Virus record (IMG/VR): IMGVR_UViG_3300049170_000121
Span: 1 to 49,046 of that record
Source: a virus
Taxonomy: Duplodnaviria; Caudoviricetes
DNA: 49,046 bases
Direction: 5' to 3' (one strand)
The translations under genes were made by a program, and so were the position numbers. Below are positions 34,846 through 43,862 of this stretch, in pieces. Positions within the stretch are counted from its first letter, which is position 1. Each line of letters opens with the position of its first letter. The notes beneath the pieces were generated by a model that was not told the origin of the DNA, made no database searches, and was given only the letters and a program-made list of their open reading frames with translations.

Positions 34846-35279
34846 GCCGCCTCCTGTTCTTCGGGCGACATTCCAGTTACTAGCCCAGATTCAGAGGTCC
34901 AAGGGCGAGCATGCAAATAGTTTTCGCGTCCGATGATTACAACGAACCGCCCGTCCCGTTCTGGCGAAAAGACAACTAGCGGCGCGGCGAAGTCGCGGTC
35001 GTTCACCCCCAGCGCATCAGCGATGCCGTCAAGCATGGCTTTACATGCGGCGCTGCAATTGTCGGCATCTGGCAGGGGGCCTTTCGCCTTGGCGTGGACC
35101 TCGATAGTGATCGGGATTTTGCCGGGACCAAACCCGCCCGTGCCGTGCTCTTGTAGGGCCTCCAGTGTGGCCGTGTGTGCCCACTGGCGATGTTTCTTCG
35201 CCTCGCGGGCCTTCGCCATGTGGTGCGCCCTTCCATTGGGCCACAACGCCTTGTGCGGGAAAGGCAGGTCGATCCTCAT
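34842..35279 (-). CDS. RusA-like Holliday junction resolvase
   Basis: LPFP...LWPN, DADN...CKAMLDGIADALGVND. Confidence 0.8.
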   Translation of the reverse strand: MRIDLPFPHKALWPNGRAHHMAKAREAKKHRQWAHTATLEALQEHGTGGFGPGKIPITIEVHAKAKGPLPDADNCSAACKAMLDGIADALGVNDRDFAAPLVVFSPERDGRFVVIIGRENYLHARPWTSESGLVTGMSPEEQEAA

Positions 35280-35737
35280 GCCGCCAACCTCACTGCCGTA
35301 AGGAGGGCGCGAGACGCTGCCGTCATGTTGTTTCGGTGCTTCCTGTCCGCGTCCGGCTCGTCCACCGGCTCTTGGACCACAGAGAGTTTCACCTTGACGG
35401 TCGGCGTGTATATCTCGCCGAACCGCACAGCCTCGGCCATCCGGTCGAACAGGCGATCAAACAGTTTGTCCCTGCCCCGCCAGTCGAGGGCCTTCTGCTC
35501 CAGGTTTCTGATGGTCGAGAAGTCGCGGTTTAGGACCGTGCCGATCTGCGTGAGGGTGTAGCCTTCCGCCCGCGCGAAATGGGCCACAATCATCCGAGGG
35601 CGCACATACAGCCGGTCGCGTTTGCGTCCGACAACTTCCTCAACGGAAAGTGCCGAAAGCTCGCAGACAAAGCGAAGCACCGAATGGATCGTGAAGGTGT
35701 CCCGCGATCCCGCATAATTGAACTGGTTTTTTTCCAT
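35276..35737 (-). CDS. DnaA domain IV-like HTH protein
   Basis: VVGRKR...VRPRMI......GYTLTQIG..LNRDFSTI. Confidence 0.75.
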   Translation of the reverse strand: MEKNQFNYAGSRDTFTIHSVLRFVCELSALSVEEVVGRKRDRLYVRPRMIVAHFARAEGYTLTQIGTVLNRDFSTIRNLEQKALDWRGRDKLFDRLFDRMAEAVRFGEIYTPTVKVKLSVVQEPVDEPDADRKHRNNMTAASRALLTAVRLAA

Positions 35738-35763
35738 GACGGTTCCCTCCCGTGCTGGTTGAA

Positions 35764-36198
35764 TTAAGCGGCCTCGCGTTCGGCCTCGTCTCTGAGTGTG
35801 GCGACATCCACGCCGGTCCATGTGCTCCACAGGCTCAAGGCGCGGTCGGTGTAGTCAGCCCGCTGGGCCTCGTTCATCGCCCGGTTGCTGGTGCTGGCGG
35901 GCTTGAAGTAGCGGTCGCCGCTCGGGAGGATGATCTCCTCGCCGATGCGCAGCTTCTCGCGGGTGATGTCGTGCAAATCCTGCTCATCGAGCGTTAGCCC
36001 GTGGGCATCGTTGAGCAGCGGGACCACCAGCGCGGCGACGAGCCAGTAAAGCCCGCGCCTGCGCTGGTTGGCCGTGCCGCCCTTGATCTCGATACGGACG
36101 CGGCCCCGGATCTCGCGCAGCGCGGTTTCCGCAGCGGCGTTGGCCGGCTTGAGCATCCCGAGGCGGGTTTCAAAGTAGAGTGGGGCGCGGTCGCTCAT
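35764..36198 (-). CDS. NinB-like protein
   Basis: NQRRRGLYW, DLHD, STS..MN; position in recombination cluster. Confidence 0.55.
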   Translation of the reverse strand: MSDRAPLYFETRLGMLKPANAAAETALREIRGRVRIEIKGGTANQRRRGLYWLVAALVVPLLNDAHGLTLDEQDLHDITREKLRIGEEIILPSGDRYFKPASTSNRAMNEAQRADYTDRALSLWSTWTGVDVATLRDEAEREAA

Positions 36199-36557
36199 CG
36201 CACCGCCATCCGCAGATCGGGGCTGCCGAGTTGCATCAGCTTCGCCCGGTGCGGGGATGCCTTGGCGAAGGCCCGCGCCAGGTCTTTCATGTCGATCCCG
36301 TATTTGATCTCGAATGCCGGCTCGCCCATCCGGTGCTGTTCGGAATGATGTTCCTTGCAGCCCGAGATGGTCCAGTCGTCGGTCGGCTTGACGCTCATCG
36401 CGCCGTTGGTGCCGGTGCGAACGTGCATCACTTCAATCGGACGCCCCTGGCATCCGGGCACAGAGCAAGCGAACTCCCCCACCCACTTGGTATGGGAAGG
36501 GCAGCGGCGCTTGACCTTCGGCTCTTTTACGGCCCGGATGCGAGGTGGCAGCGACAT
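36195..36557 (-). CDS. DUF968 / HNH-like nuclease-fold protein
   Basis: H.KWV...CSVPGC, HVR...G...KPTD, C.EHH.EQH.MGE..F. Confidence 0.75.
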   Translation of the reverse strand: MSLPPRIRAVKEPKVKRRCPSHTKWVGEFACSVPGCQGRPIEVMHVRTGTNGAMSVKPTDDWTISGCKEHHSEQHRMGEPAFEIKYGIDMKDLARAFAKASPHRAKLMQLGSPDLRMAVR

Positions 36558-36958
36558 CAGAAGGGGATGTCGTCGTCTAGGTCGTTGCTGTTCGGCGCGT
36601 GGCCGGCAGCGTCTACCTTCTCCAAGCCCTCGGCAGCCTTGCCCCAGGCATCGCCGCCGGCATTGTCGCGCGGTGCCGTGCGAACGGTGTGGAAGTCGTT
36701 GGCGCGGATCTCGTACTGCGGCTTGCCGTTGTAGTCGCCAATGGTCAGCTCGCCCGTAACAGCCACGAACTCGCCCTTGGTGAACTTGGCGGCGAACTCG
36801 GCCCGCTTGCCCCACACCGAAACGCGGAACCAGTTGGTCTGTTCGCGCTCGCCCCAGCCCTGCTTGACCGGGATGTTGAGCGAGGTAACGGACCCGCCCT
36901 GCGTCTCGCGCTGCTCGGCGTCCTTGGACAAGTAGCCGGTGATGGTGATCTGTTGCAT
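36557..36958 (-). CDS. ssb: Single-stranded DNA-binding protein
   Basis: ITITGYL.KDAE, TNWFRVSVWGKRAE, C-terminal DDDIPF. Confidence 0.93.
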   Translation of the reverse strand: MQQITITGYLSKDAEQRETQGGSVTSLNIPVKQGWGEREQTNWFRVSVWGKRAEFAAKFTKGEFVAVTGELTIGDYNGKPQYEIRANDFHTVRTAPRDNAGGDAWGKAAEGLEKVDAAGHAPNSNDLDDDIPF

Positions 36959-36959
36959 A

Positions 36960-37592
36960 TCAGGCTGCTTCTTTCTGCAAGTAGCGGACGCGAAGGTCGG
37001 CCACGGTTGAGTCCACTTCGGCTAGGAATGCGGTGACTTCGGCCTCGATCTCGGCAATCAGGTCGTCGTCCCGCTCGACCCGGCGGACATGCAGTTGCAT
37101 CTCCAGGGGCAGGCGCGGGTCGAAGCTGGCGAAGTCGCACCACAGGGTTTCGGTGCAGGCCATCTGCCACTGCATTTGCAGCAGATACTTGCGGTCGATC
37201 TTGGCCCCGGTCAGCGTGGCAATGTGCGTGGCGCTGTTGGGGCACTTGATCTCGACAAGGCCGTCGCTGCCGATCAGGCCGTCCGGCGATGCGCCGGACA
37301 TTGCGATGCTCGGGTGATCGTGAAACCCCGTCTCCATCACCCCCAGCCCTTGCGTGAATTCGTAAGCCGCGCGGGCCTGGGCTTCGGTGTCGATGCCCCA
37401 CTGCATTGCAGCGTTGGTGAAGTTGTCGGGTGCCGTGCCGGTCAGCCGTTCGGTGACGAGCTGGGCGTGGTAGTTGGTCCGGTCGGCGCTCGGCTTGCCC
37501 GTCGCCAGCTTCGCCATCACCTTGTAGATGCACGAAGCTGTAACCTTGCCGAGCCGGGCGTTGAACCATTCGTCTGATCGCTGGTCCATCAC
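36960..37592 (-). CDS. YqaJ / lambda-type exonuclease
   Basis: QRSDEWFNARLGKVTAS, MQWG, GASPDGL, EIKCP, QMQWQM. Confidence 0.93.
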   Translation of the reverse strand: MMDQRSDEWFNARLGKVTASCIYKVMAKLATGKPSADRTNYHAQLVTERLTGTAPDNFTNAAMQWGIDTEAQARAAYEFTQGLGVMETGFHDHPSIAMSGASPDGLIGSDGLVEIKCPNSATHIATLTGAKIDRKYLLQMQWQMACTETLWCDFASFDPRLPLEMQLHVRRVERDDDLIAEIEAEVTAFLAEVDSTVADLRVRYLQKEAA

Positions 37593-38269
37593 GCCGGCTC
37601 CTCAACCTTGGCGTCGGTTTCGGCCTTGGCCGCCTTCGCCAGCTTATTCTCCAGGCTGTTGACCGCATGGGCGTACTGGTCCTGCGTCAGCTTGCGCAGA
37701 TCGGGCACCTTGTAGAACTTGAGCATTGCGCCCGTGTCCGACTTGGTGGCTTCGATCAGCTGCACCAGCTTGGCCCACTCGTGGTCCGGCATCTCGGCCT
37801 GCGGTGCGACTTCATGCGTCACCGAATCAGCGTCGTTGTCTCCCTCTGTGGGGATCGCGAACGCCATCAGGGCCGCGTACTTGTAGGCAGCGGACATGGC
37901 CTTGTTGGTAGCCTTGTCGGCGCTGTCCATCGCCTCGCCGAAGGTGCGGACGGTGTGGGTCGATCCGTCCTCTGCCGAGATGAAATCGAACTCGGCTTCG
38001 ACGGTGACATAGAACAGCGGACTGCCCTTGGCGGTCTTGCGTTCGATCAGTTCACGGGTGAGGATGCGGGGCAGGACGCAAAGCCCATGTTCCGCCAATA
38101 GCGGGGCGAGCGCGGCATACACCTCGTCAATTCCCCGGAAGGAATAGCCCTGCTGCTGGTTCTTGCGGGACTTAGAGATGCCCTGTTTGGCAAGCACCGA
38201 CTGAACTGCTGCGATCTTGGCATAGACCGAGGTGTTCGGAGGCGCTTCGATTTTGCTTTGTACGTTCAT
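37589..38269 (-). CDS. ERF-family single-strand annealing protein
   Basis: YSFRGIDEV, GEAMDSADKATNKAMSAAYKYA...F.IPT. Confidence 0.9.
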   Translation of the reverse strand: MNVQSKIEAPPNTSVYAKIAAVQSVLAKQGISKSRKNQQQGYSFRGIDEVYAALAPLLAEHGLCVLPRILTRELIERKTAKGSPLFYVTVEAEFDFISAEDGSTHTVRTFGEAMDSADKATNKAMSAAYKYAALMAFAIPTEGDNDADSVTHEVAPQAEMPDHEWAKLVQLIEATKSDTGAMLKFYKVPDLRKLTQDQYAHAVNSLENKLAKAAKAETDAKVEEPA

Positions 38270-38436
38270 GGTGTCAAACTCCCTTTGACTGCGGCGAAGA
38301 TCCCCACCCCCACACCGACCACCACAGCGGCAATCAGAGGGGTTGCGATGGCCCAAAAGGTATCGCTGGCGGGGTAGGTGTCGTCTCCGAGCCACTGAGG
38401 CTCATCGGCGAACAGGGGTTCATCGCGGGGGCGCAT
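38266..38436 (-). CDS. Small membrane protein (56 aa)
   Basis: Read by hand: MRPRDEPLF...TFWAIATPLIAAVVVGVGVGIFAAV; coupled at both ends. Confidence 0.55.
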   Translation of the reverse strand: MRPRDEPLFADEPQWLGDDTYPASDTFWAIATPLIAAVVVGVGVGIFAAVKGSLTP

Positions 38437-38846
38437 TAGGCGGCCCTCAGCGCGAGGTGGACGATCTTGTCGCGCAGCCGGGCGTCCTCGCAGTCGCTGA
38501 TCTCACGGCCAGCGGGACTGTCGGGATGGTGCGCGTGGTCCTTGATCGCCAGCCATTCGCGGACGTGATCAGCCAGTTCGTCGTGGTCGATATACTCAGG
38601 CACCTGGACGATGCAGCGACCTTCCGGCAGCAACAGCGACAGCAACTCGTCAGGAATAACCCCCGCCAGCTTGCGCACGGCACTGACCGGCATCTCCGCT
38701 GTCGCGCACCCGCTGCCGGCGTAGGAGCGCACGGTGTTGTAGGGGATACCAGCATCAATGCTGATCGCCTTGAGGGTTACCCCGCCGCGCATCGCCACCC
38801 GAAAGATTAACTCTTGGGTTGCCGTAATCTCGTGATCGTGCGCCAT
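38436..38846 (-). CDS. HTH regulator at the CII position
   Basis: TLKAISIDAGIPYNTVRSYA; GGAGG SD; downstream of cro. Confidence 0.65.
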   Translation of the reverse strand: MAHDHEITATQELIFRVAMRGGVTLKAISIDAGIPYNTVRSYAGSGCATAEMPVSAVRKLAGVIPDELLSLLLPEGRCIVQVPEYIDHDELADHVREWLAIKDHAHHPDSPAGREISDCEDARLRDKIVHLALRAA

Positions 38847-38850
38847 GATC

Positions 38851-39045
38851 CTATTGCCCTCCCAGGCTATTGGCGGTTGCATGGAAGTTAACCCCCACCC
38901 CCAAGTCCCCGGTCGCCCGCCCCTCCCGACCGGGGACGAAGGGGAGTGGTTCGGGTGCATCGCAGCTCGCGTGCTTGATGAACTTGCCGACCAATATTCC
39001 GGCGGGCAGGCTAACCAGGAACCAAGCGGTAAGGATGGTGAGCAT
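38851..39045 (-). CDS. Small membrane protein
   Basis: GAGAGG SD; ILTAWFLVSLPAGILVGKFI. Confidence 0.45.
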   Translation of the reverse strand: MLTILTAWFLVSLPAGILVGKFIKHASCDAPEPLPFVPGREGRATGDLGVGVNFHATANSLGGQ

Positions 39046-39290
39046 TCAGCCTCTCCCAATGTCGTTGGCGGGAGCAGCGGCGATGCGCTGCCAGTAGTCG
39101 TTGGCCGGGCGGAGAATCGCCGCCGGACGAAAAGGTATGAAGATCCCGTTGACGCAGGCGCGGGTCACCAGCCTTGTCCCCTTGCGGAACAAAGGCTTAG
39201 ATTGCCGAAGTCCGGGATAACTTTTGATAATTTTGCTTGCGAAATAGGATTGCCGCGCGCAGCTTCCGCCCCGGACAAAGGGGTCTCAGA

Positions 39291-39524
39291 ATGTCGCACG
39301 CAGTTGTTGGAATTTCCGAAGTTACCGAGCCGGTCGAACTCACCCTGGTTGACGACCGATTGCTCATCACGCTTACCAGCGGGGGGAAACAGCACGGTTT
39401 CAGCCTGTCGTTCCACAAGGCGCGCAACGCGGCGCACATGGCCGTCGCCTTGCTCGATCAGCATGACCGACAATCGCGCGTGCGGCGCCTCAAGAGCATC
39501 GAAGGCGGCAAGTCCGCGCATTAG
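39291..39524 (+). CDS. Hypothetical protein convergent with cro
   Basis: AAGGGG SD, AT-rich upstream region. Confidence 0.55.
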   Translation: MSHAVVGISEVTEPVELTLVDDRLLITLTSGGKQHGFSLSFHKARNAAHMAVALLDQHDRQSRVRRLKSIEGGKSAH

Positions 39525-39718
39525 GCTACCGCCTGTGTTGCAAGGTCTTCCAAAGTGACCTTGCCGCCGGTGGCGGTGACGATCCGCTGCGCCATTTGCA
39601 GGGTGATGTTCTGTCCGCCCTTGCGGATGCGCGTCACCGATGCTGCGCTGATCCCGAGGCGGGCGGCCATCTCGCTGCCGGTGACGGCGTGGGTGCGGAG
39701 ATATGCGTCTAATGTCAT
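39521..39718 (-). CDS. Cro-like repressor
   Basis: MTLDAYL....SEMAARLGISAASVTRIRKG....I..ATGGKVT..DL; divergent from cI. Confidence 0.85.
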   Translation of the reverse strand: MTLDAYLRTHAVTGSEMAARLGISAASVTRIRKGGQNITLQMAQRIVTATGGKVTLEDLATQAVA

Positions 39719-39728
39719 GCCCGTGAAT

Positions 39729-39800
39729 TTACACGGGGCGTAAGAAAATGCAAGCCCAATCTTTACACCACGCCACATGGAGAGTTTGCGCGCCATGTAG
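39729..39800. promoter_or_regulatory. Operator pair and cro promoter (oR-like)
   Basis: TTACACGGGGCGTAA 39729-39743 and TTGCGCGCCATGTAG 39786-39800; minus strand TTGCAT-16 nt-TAAATT. Confidence 0.65.
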
Positions 39801-39813
39801 GATCATGCCGGAC

Positions 39814-40224
39814 ATGGCAGGACCCTTCTTTAGAGAGTGGCGCAAGAAGCGCGGTTACACGCTAGAGGAGCTGGCGGGGCGGTTGGCGCTGTTTGATGAC
39901 CCTCAGATACCCAAGACAGCCGCAAGCCTCTCCAGACTAGAGAACGGCATACAGCCGTACGGACAGCCGATTATCGACGCTCTAGCTGCCGTCTATGAGA
40001 TTGAGCCCTTCGAGCTGATCGGGATCAATCCCGCAGCCCGCGATGATCTCGGTGCTGCCATGGGGATGCTCGGCAAGATGGATGAGGTCAGCCGCCGCCG
40101 CACCCTCAAGTTGATCGAACTCAAACTGATCGAGGCAATGGAGGATCAAGCTGCTTCCGAATCAGATCCAGCCCCCAAAGGCCCGCAAAGCAAGCGCCGG
40201 TCGCGCAAAAAGGCCGCCGGCTAA
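39814..40224 (+). CDS. CI-like XRE repressor without S24 peptidase domain
   Basis: FREWRKKRGYTLEELA...ASLSRLENG; about 136 aa. Confidence 0.85.
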   Translation: MAGPFFREWRKKRGYTLEELAGRLALFDDPQIPKTAASLSRLENGIQPYGQPIIDALAAVYEIEPFELIGINPAARDDLGAAMGMLGKMDEVSRRRTLKLIELKLIEAMEDQAASESDPAPKGPQSKRRSRKKAAG

Positions 40225-40225
40225 T

Positions 40226-40276
40226 TTGCGCCCCATGTAATTATGGGTTGACTTGATCTTACGCCCGACGTAAATA
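40226..40276 (+). promoter_or_regulatory. Operator pair and early promoter (oL/pL-like)
   Basis: TTGCGCCCCATGTAA 40226-40240, TTACGCCCGACGTAA 40259-40273; TTGACT-17 nt-TAAATA. Confidence 0.7.
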
Positions 40277-40311
40277 TCGCTTCAACAGCACGACGCTGTA
40301 GGAGTGATGAG

Positions 40312-40695
40312 ATGGCAACAGCAGACGACAGGCACTGGTCCATCCAAACCGCACTTGAGCAAATCCGCTCGTGCGACTTCGAGTGTGAAGCTGGGCCGCT
40401 TGCAAACAACCTCGCTTGGCGATGGCTAGAACCGGCAGCGAAGGTCGGCCCGCAGTTCTGGCCCGGCCAAGGTGTCTGGTTCAAGGTGGACGCTGAGGCC
40501 GCTGGCAAGACCATCTCGCAGTGGATGCACTTCTACATCATTGGTTGCCGCATGGGTGCCGATAGTGAGCGGCGCTACTGGAGCTACGATCTCAGCAACG
40601 ATCCGCCGCGCCCTTGGCATTATGGAACGATACAGTTCCGCGATGTGAGGGGCGGCGACCTGCGGCTTGAAAGCCCTGAACGGGTGCCCGCATGA
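40312..40695 (+). CDS. Hypothetical early protein
   Basis: AGGAG SD; first gene after pL-like promoter. Confidence 0.7.
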   Translation: MATADDRHWSIQTALEQIRSCDFECEAGPLANNLAWRWLEPAAKVGPQFWPGQGVWFKVDAEAAGKTISQWMHFYIIGCRMGADSERRYWSYDLSNDPPRPWHYGTIQFRDVRGGDLRLESPERVPA

Positions 40696-41075
40696 CCCTC
40701 CCCGAGATGGCACAGGCCGATCAGACAGCAGGGCAGCGGGTTGAGCCGGGAACGGGGCTGCCAGACAATGAAACCGCAGCTTGGGCTTGGCTCGACGGGA
40801 TGGTTTCCGGCATCTGTGACGAAGAGCCGTCTGACATCGCATACTCGGCGGACCAAATGGTCACCGCCTTCATGGCCGGTAGGCGGGCCACCCGAGAGCG
40901 GGATGGCGGGGCCGCTGACATTATCACGGAAGCGCTTGGGGCGCTTGAGTTGCTCCAGTCGTTCGGCTGCCCCGTCTGCAATGGCGATTGTGGAAGCGCC
41001 AACCCTCCGGTCACCACCTGTCCGATGCAGGTTGCCCGCGCCGTCATCACCAAAGCCCGTGGCGGTGCAGCATGA
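40692..41075 (+). CDS. Hypothetical early protein with Cys cluster
   Basis: ATGA coupling; CPVCNGDC...CP. Confidence 0.65.
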   Translation: MTLPEMAQADQTAGQRVEPGTGLPDNETAAWAWLDGMVSGICDEEPSDIAYSADQMVTAFMAGRRATRERDGGAADIITEALGALELLQSFGCPVCNGDCGSANPPVTTCPMQVARAVITKARGGAA

Positions 41076-41458
41076 CCTACGCCGAGCGTATCCCCAGCAC
41101 GGACTTTCCCGCATCTAACATGCGCGATAGTTCCATCGCCGAATGCCGCCGCATCGTGGACATCGCGCAAAGCGAGATCGAGCGCCGCCGCGAGCGGGCT
41201 GACATCTACGGTCGCCAGTGCATCATGGACCTGCACGACATCGTGTGGGCTGCCACGGCGGTTGAGGACTACATCACCGGGGCCGCCGATGAGCCGCAGG
41301 TTGTCCGTGAGTTGGACTCGCTGCTCACCGAATGGGCCGAGGACACCGACTACCGCACGTTCGGGGCAACGCCTGCGCTTGATGCGCTCGACCTCGGAGC
41401 CGTGTGGGGTGAGATGCTCCACGAAGGCCGCGCCTTTCTGGGAGGAGAGCGGCGATGA
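41072..41458 (+). CDS. Hypothetical early protein
   Basis: ATGA coupling at both ends. Confidence 0.65.
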   Translation: MTYAERIPSTDFPASNMRDSSIAECRRIVDIAQSEIERRRERADIYGRQCIMDLHDIVWAATAVEDYITGAADEPQVVRELDSLLTEWAEDTDYRTFGATPALDALDLGAVWGEMLHEGRAFLGGERR

Positions 41459-41580
41459 TCAAGTGTTCAGTCATCGGCTGCTGGAACCCGGCCCCTAATA
41501 AGACCGGCCTGTGCACCGAGCACCGCCCTGCGCCAGCCCCGGCGCGGAACACGCTGGCCGAAGTGGGGGAAGCGGCGTGA
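41455..41580 (+). CDS. Small Cys/His protein (41 aa)
   Basis: Read by hand: MIKCSVIGC...LCTEH; GGAGGAG SD. Confidence 0.5.
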   Translation: MIKCSVIGCWNPAPNKTGLCTEHRPAPAPARNTLAEVGEAA

Positions 41581-42131
41581 GGGTGCTCATCGCCTGCAAG
41601 CGGGGGCATGTCGCTACGCGGGATAAATGGGGGCACTGCCTTTGTGTGGCGTGTACCGAATTTAACCGGGCGCGGTGGTGCCGGAACAACAAGAACTCAT
41701 CCAAACTCGCCTGGAAAGCCGCAAACAAGGAGCGCCTGTCCGCCTACAGTAAGGCTTGGTCGGAACGGAACCCCGAGAAGCGGCGGCAGATCGAGCAGTC
41801 TTGGAAGGACCGCAATCCCGAGAAGGTTGCCGAGATGAGTGGCCGCGCAGGAGCCAAGTGGTCACGGAACAACCCCGGCACCCGCAATGCGATCACGAAT
41901 CGCAGGCGCGCAGCCCTACTCAAGCGGACCCCGCCTTGGGCTGACATGCTGATGATCCGGGCCTTCTACGAGACCGCCGCCGAACTGTCGGCAGCAACCG
42001 GCATCCCACACGAGGTTGACCATATCATTCCACTCCAGGCGGACATGATTTCCGGCCTCCATGTGCACGACAACCTCCGCATCATCCCGCGCTCTGAAAA
42101 CCGCGCAAAAGCAAACAGGTGGCAGGCATGA
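41577..42131 (+). CDS. HNH homing endonuclease
   Basis: CKRGH, W..RNPEK repeats, RTPPWAD, HEVDHIIPLQ....SGLHVHDNL. Confidence 0.9.
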   Translation: MRVLIACKRGHVATRDKWGHCLCVACTEFNRARWCRNNKNSSKLAWKAANKERLSAYSKAWSERNPEKRRQIEQSWKDRNPEKVAEMSGRAGAKWSRNNPGTRNAITNRRRAALLKRTPPWADMLMIRAFYETAAELSAATGIPHEVDHIIPLQADMISGLHVHDNLRIIPRSENRAKANRWQA

Positions 42132-42751
42132 GCGCTCCCCGCATCCTCATCGCTTGCGAATATTCCGCCACGGTTCGCGATGCCTTCCGGGCGCGCGGGT
42201 TCGATGCTTGGTCCTGCGATCTGCTGCCGACCGAGGGCGACCCGCGCTGGCACATTCAGGCCGATGTCACAAAAACTGGGTCTGAAACAAACGAGACCCA
42301 GCTTTTGAGACAAGGCTGGAGCCTTCTCATTGCCCATCCGCCCTGCACTCATCTGGCGGTCAGCGGTGCCCGGCACTTCGCAGCCAAGCAGGCCAGCGGT
42401 GTGCAGCAGGAGGCGCTGGAGTTCGTCCGCGCCCTGCTCGACGCGCCAATCCCGCACATCGCGCTGGAGAACCCGGTGTCGATCATATCAAGCCGCATCC
42501 GCAAGCCGGATTGCACGTTTCAGCCTTGGGAGCACGGCCACGGGGAGGTCAAGCGCACATGCCTCTGGCTCAAGAACCTGCCCAGGCTGGTGCCGTCCAA
42601 CGTGGTCGAGGGCCGCTCTGATCGCATCCACAAGATGCCGCCGGGGCCGAACCGCTGGAAGGAACGCAGCCGGACCCTGCCGGGCGTGGCCGGGGCGATG
42701 GCCCAGCAGTGGGGCGACTACATCCTCGAACAGCGGAGGCTCGCGGCATGA
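42128..42751 (+). CDS. Phage DNA cytosine methyltransferase-like protein
   Basis: RILIACEYS, AWSCDLLP, IAHPPCT, LENP, QPW..GH, K.TCLWL. Confidence 0.8.
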   Translation: MSAPRILIACEYSATVRDAFRARGFDAWSCDLLPTEGDPRWHIQADVTKTGSETNETQLLRQGWSLLIAHPPCTHLAVSGARHFAAKQASGVQQEALEFVRALLDAPIPHIALENPVSIISSRIRKPDCTFQPWEHGHGEVKRTCLWLKNLPRLVPSNVVEGRSDRIHKMPPGPNRWKERSRTLPGVAGAMAQQWGDYILEQRRLAA

Positions 42752-42933
42752 ACTACGCTAGTGAAACCACCGAACTGCGTTGGTTCGATGAACACCCCAA
42801 GTGCGGGCGGTGCGGCAAGGACGCCCACGGCAGGCTCATGGGGGCGCAGAACCAGTCCTACGGGTGGCATTGCCGCCGGTGCGCAGACAAGCGCCTGAAG
42901 GACAGCGCCAAGGCTCGGGAGCGCGGCGCATGA
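42748..42933 (+). CDS. Small zinc-finger protein
   Basis: CGRC...CRRC; ATGA coupling. Confidence 0.6.
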   Translation: MNYASETTELRWFDEHPKCGRCGKDAHGRLMGAQNQSYGWHCRRCADKRLKDSAKARERGA

Positions 42934-43394
42934 CGGGGCGGCACACCCCTGGCCAGTCGATAGGTTGGGAGAAGCGCTTTCTGGCGAAGGTTGGGCAGCC
43001 CGATGAAAACGGCTGCACGGAGTGGACTAGATCGCTGAGGGCGCACGGTTACGGTCAAGTAAACTTCTATCGGGATGGGGTGCTGCGGAATTTCAGCACG
43101 CACAGGATCGCCTATGAGCTGGCATTCGGCCCCGTCCCTGAGGGGATGATGGTCTGCCACCGCTGCGACAATCGCAAATGCGTCAATCCAGATCACCTGT
43201 TCTTAGGGACGGCGAAGGACAATGCCGTGGATATGGCCACTAAAGGCCGCGCCCAAGGAATGGGGAAGACTCATTGCTACCAAGGCCACGAACTAACCCC
43301 AGACACTACTTGGCCCCGTGGCGCTGGTCGCATCTGCAAGAAGTGCGCCCTCATGCGGACTCAAAGGTACCTAGCCAAGAAAAGGGCCGCATGA
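42930..43394 (+). CDS. HNH endonuclease (HNH_3 type)
   Basis: [37 protein letters not shown]. Confidence 0.9.
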   Translation: MTGRHTPGQSIGWEKRFLAKVGQPDENGCTEWTRSLRAHGYGQVNFYRDGVLRNFSTHRIAYELAFGPVPEGMMVCHRCDNRKCVNPDHLFLGTAKDNAVDMATKGRAQGMGKTHCYQGHELTPDTTWPRGAGRICKKCALMRTQRYLAKKRAA

Positions 43395-43521
43395 TGATTT
43401 ATAGCGAAGCCGCATTCTTCGACGGCAACGCCTGTCAGCACTGCGCCGACCGCGACGAACAGCAACGCCTGTCGAGGAAGCGGCAAGCCGCTGTCAGCCA
43501 CTACCGCAGGAGCAAGGCACG

Positions 43522-43716
43522 ATGACACAGCACACATGCCATGACTGCCGCTGGAGCCACACGTTCAACGCGCGGCCAGACGAGCGGGAACGCTACGGCT
43601 TCGGCGCGACGGGATACGGCTGCAAGCACAGCGTGGATGGCGGCGTTTACGTCACCAACCCCGATCAGCCCACATGCCTGCCGAGCAGCCACGCCCATCG
43701 GGAGCAAAGCGCATGA
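43522..43716 (+). CDS. Small Cys-rich hypothetical protein
   Basis: AGGAG SD, ATGA coupling. Confidence 0.55.
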   Translation: MTQHTCHDCRWSHTFNARPDERERYGFGATGYGCKHSVDGGVYVTNPDQPTCLPSSHAHREQSA

Positions 43717-43862
43717 CCGTTTGGCAAAGCACAGGCTCGTTCGCGGGGCTGCTGTGGTTCGACGCTGCGGTGAAGCAGCTCGCGGACGATCACGAACAGC
43801 ACAAGCAAGCAATGGCAAGGACCGAGGAACGGCTTGCCAAGTGGGAGAACTACGGTGGCTGA
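43713..43862 (+). CDS. Small hypothetical protein
   Basis: ATGA coupling, GGAG SD. Confidence 0.5.
   Translation: MTVWQSTGSFAGLLWFDAAVKQLADDHEQHKQAMARTEERLAKWENYGG

Noticed and set aside
38266-38436. Suspected frameshifted pseudogene
   Set aside because: Recounting the G run at 38339-38342 gives an intact 56-aa ORF
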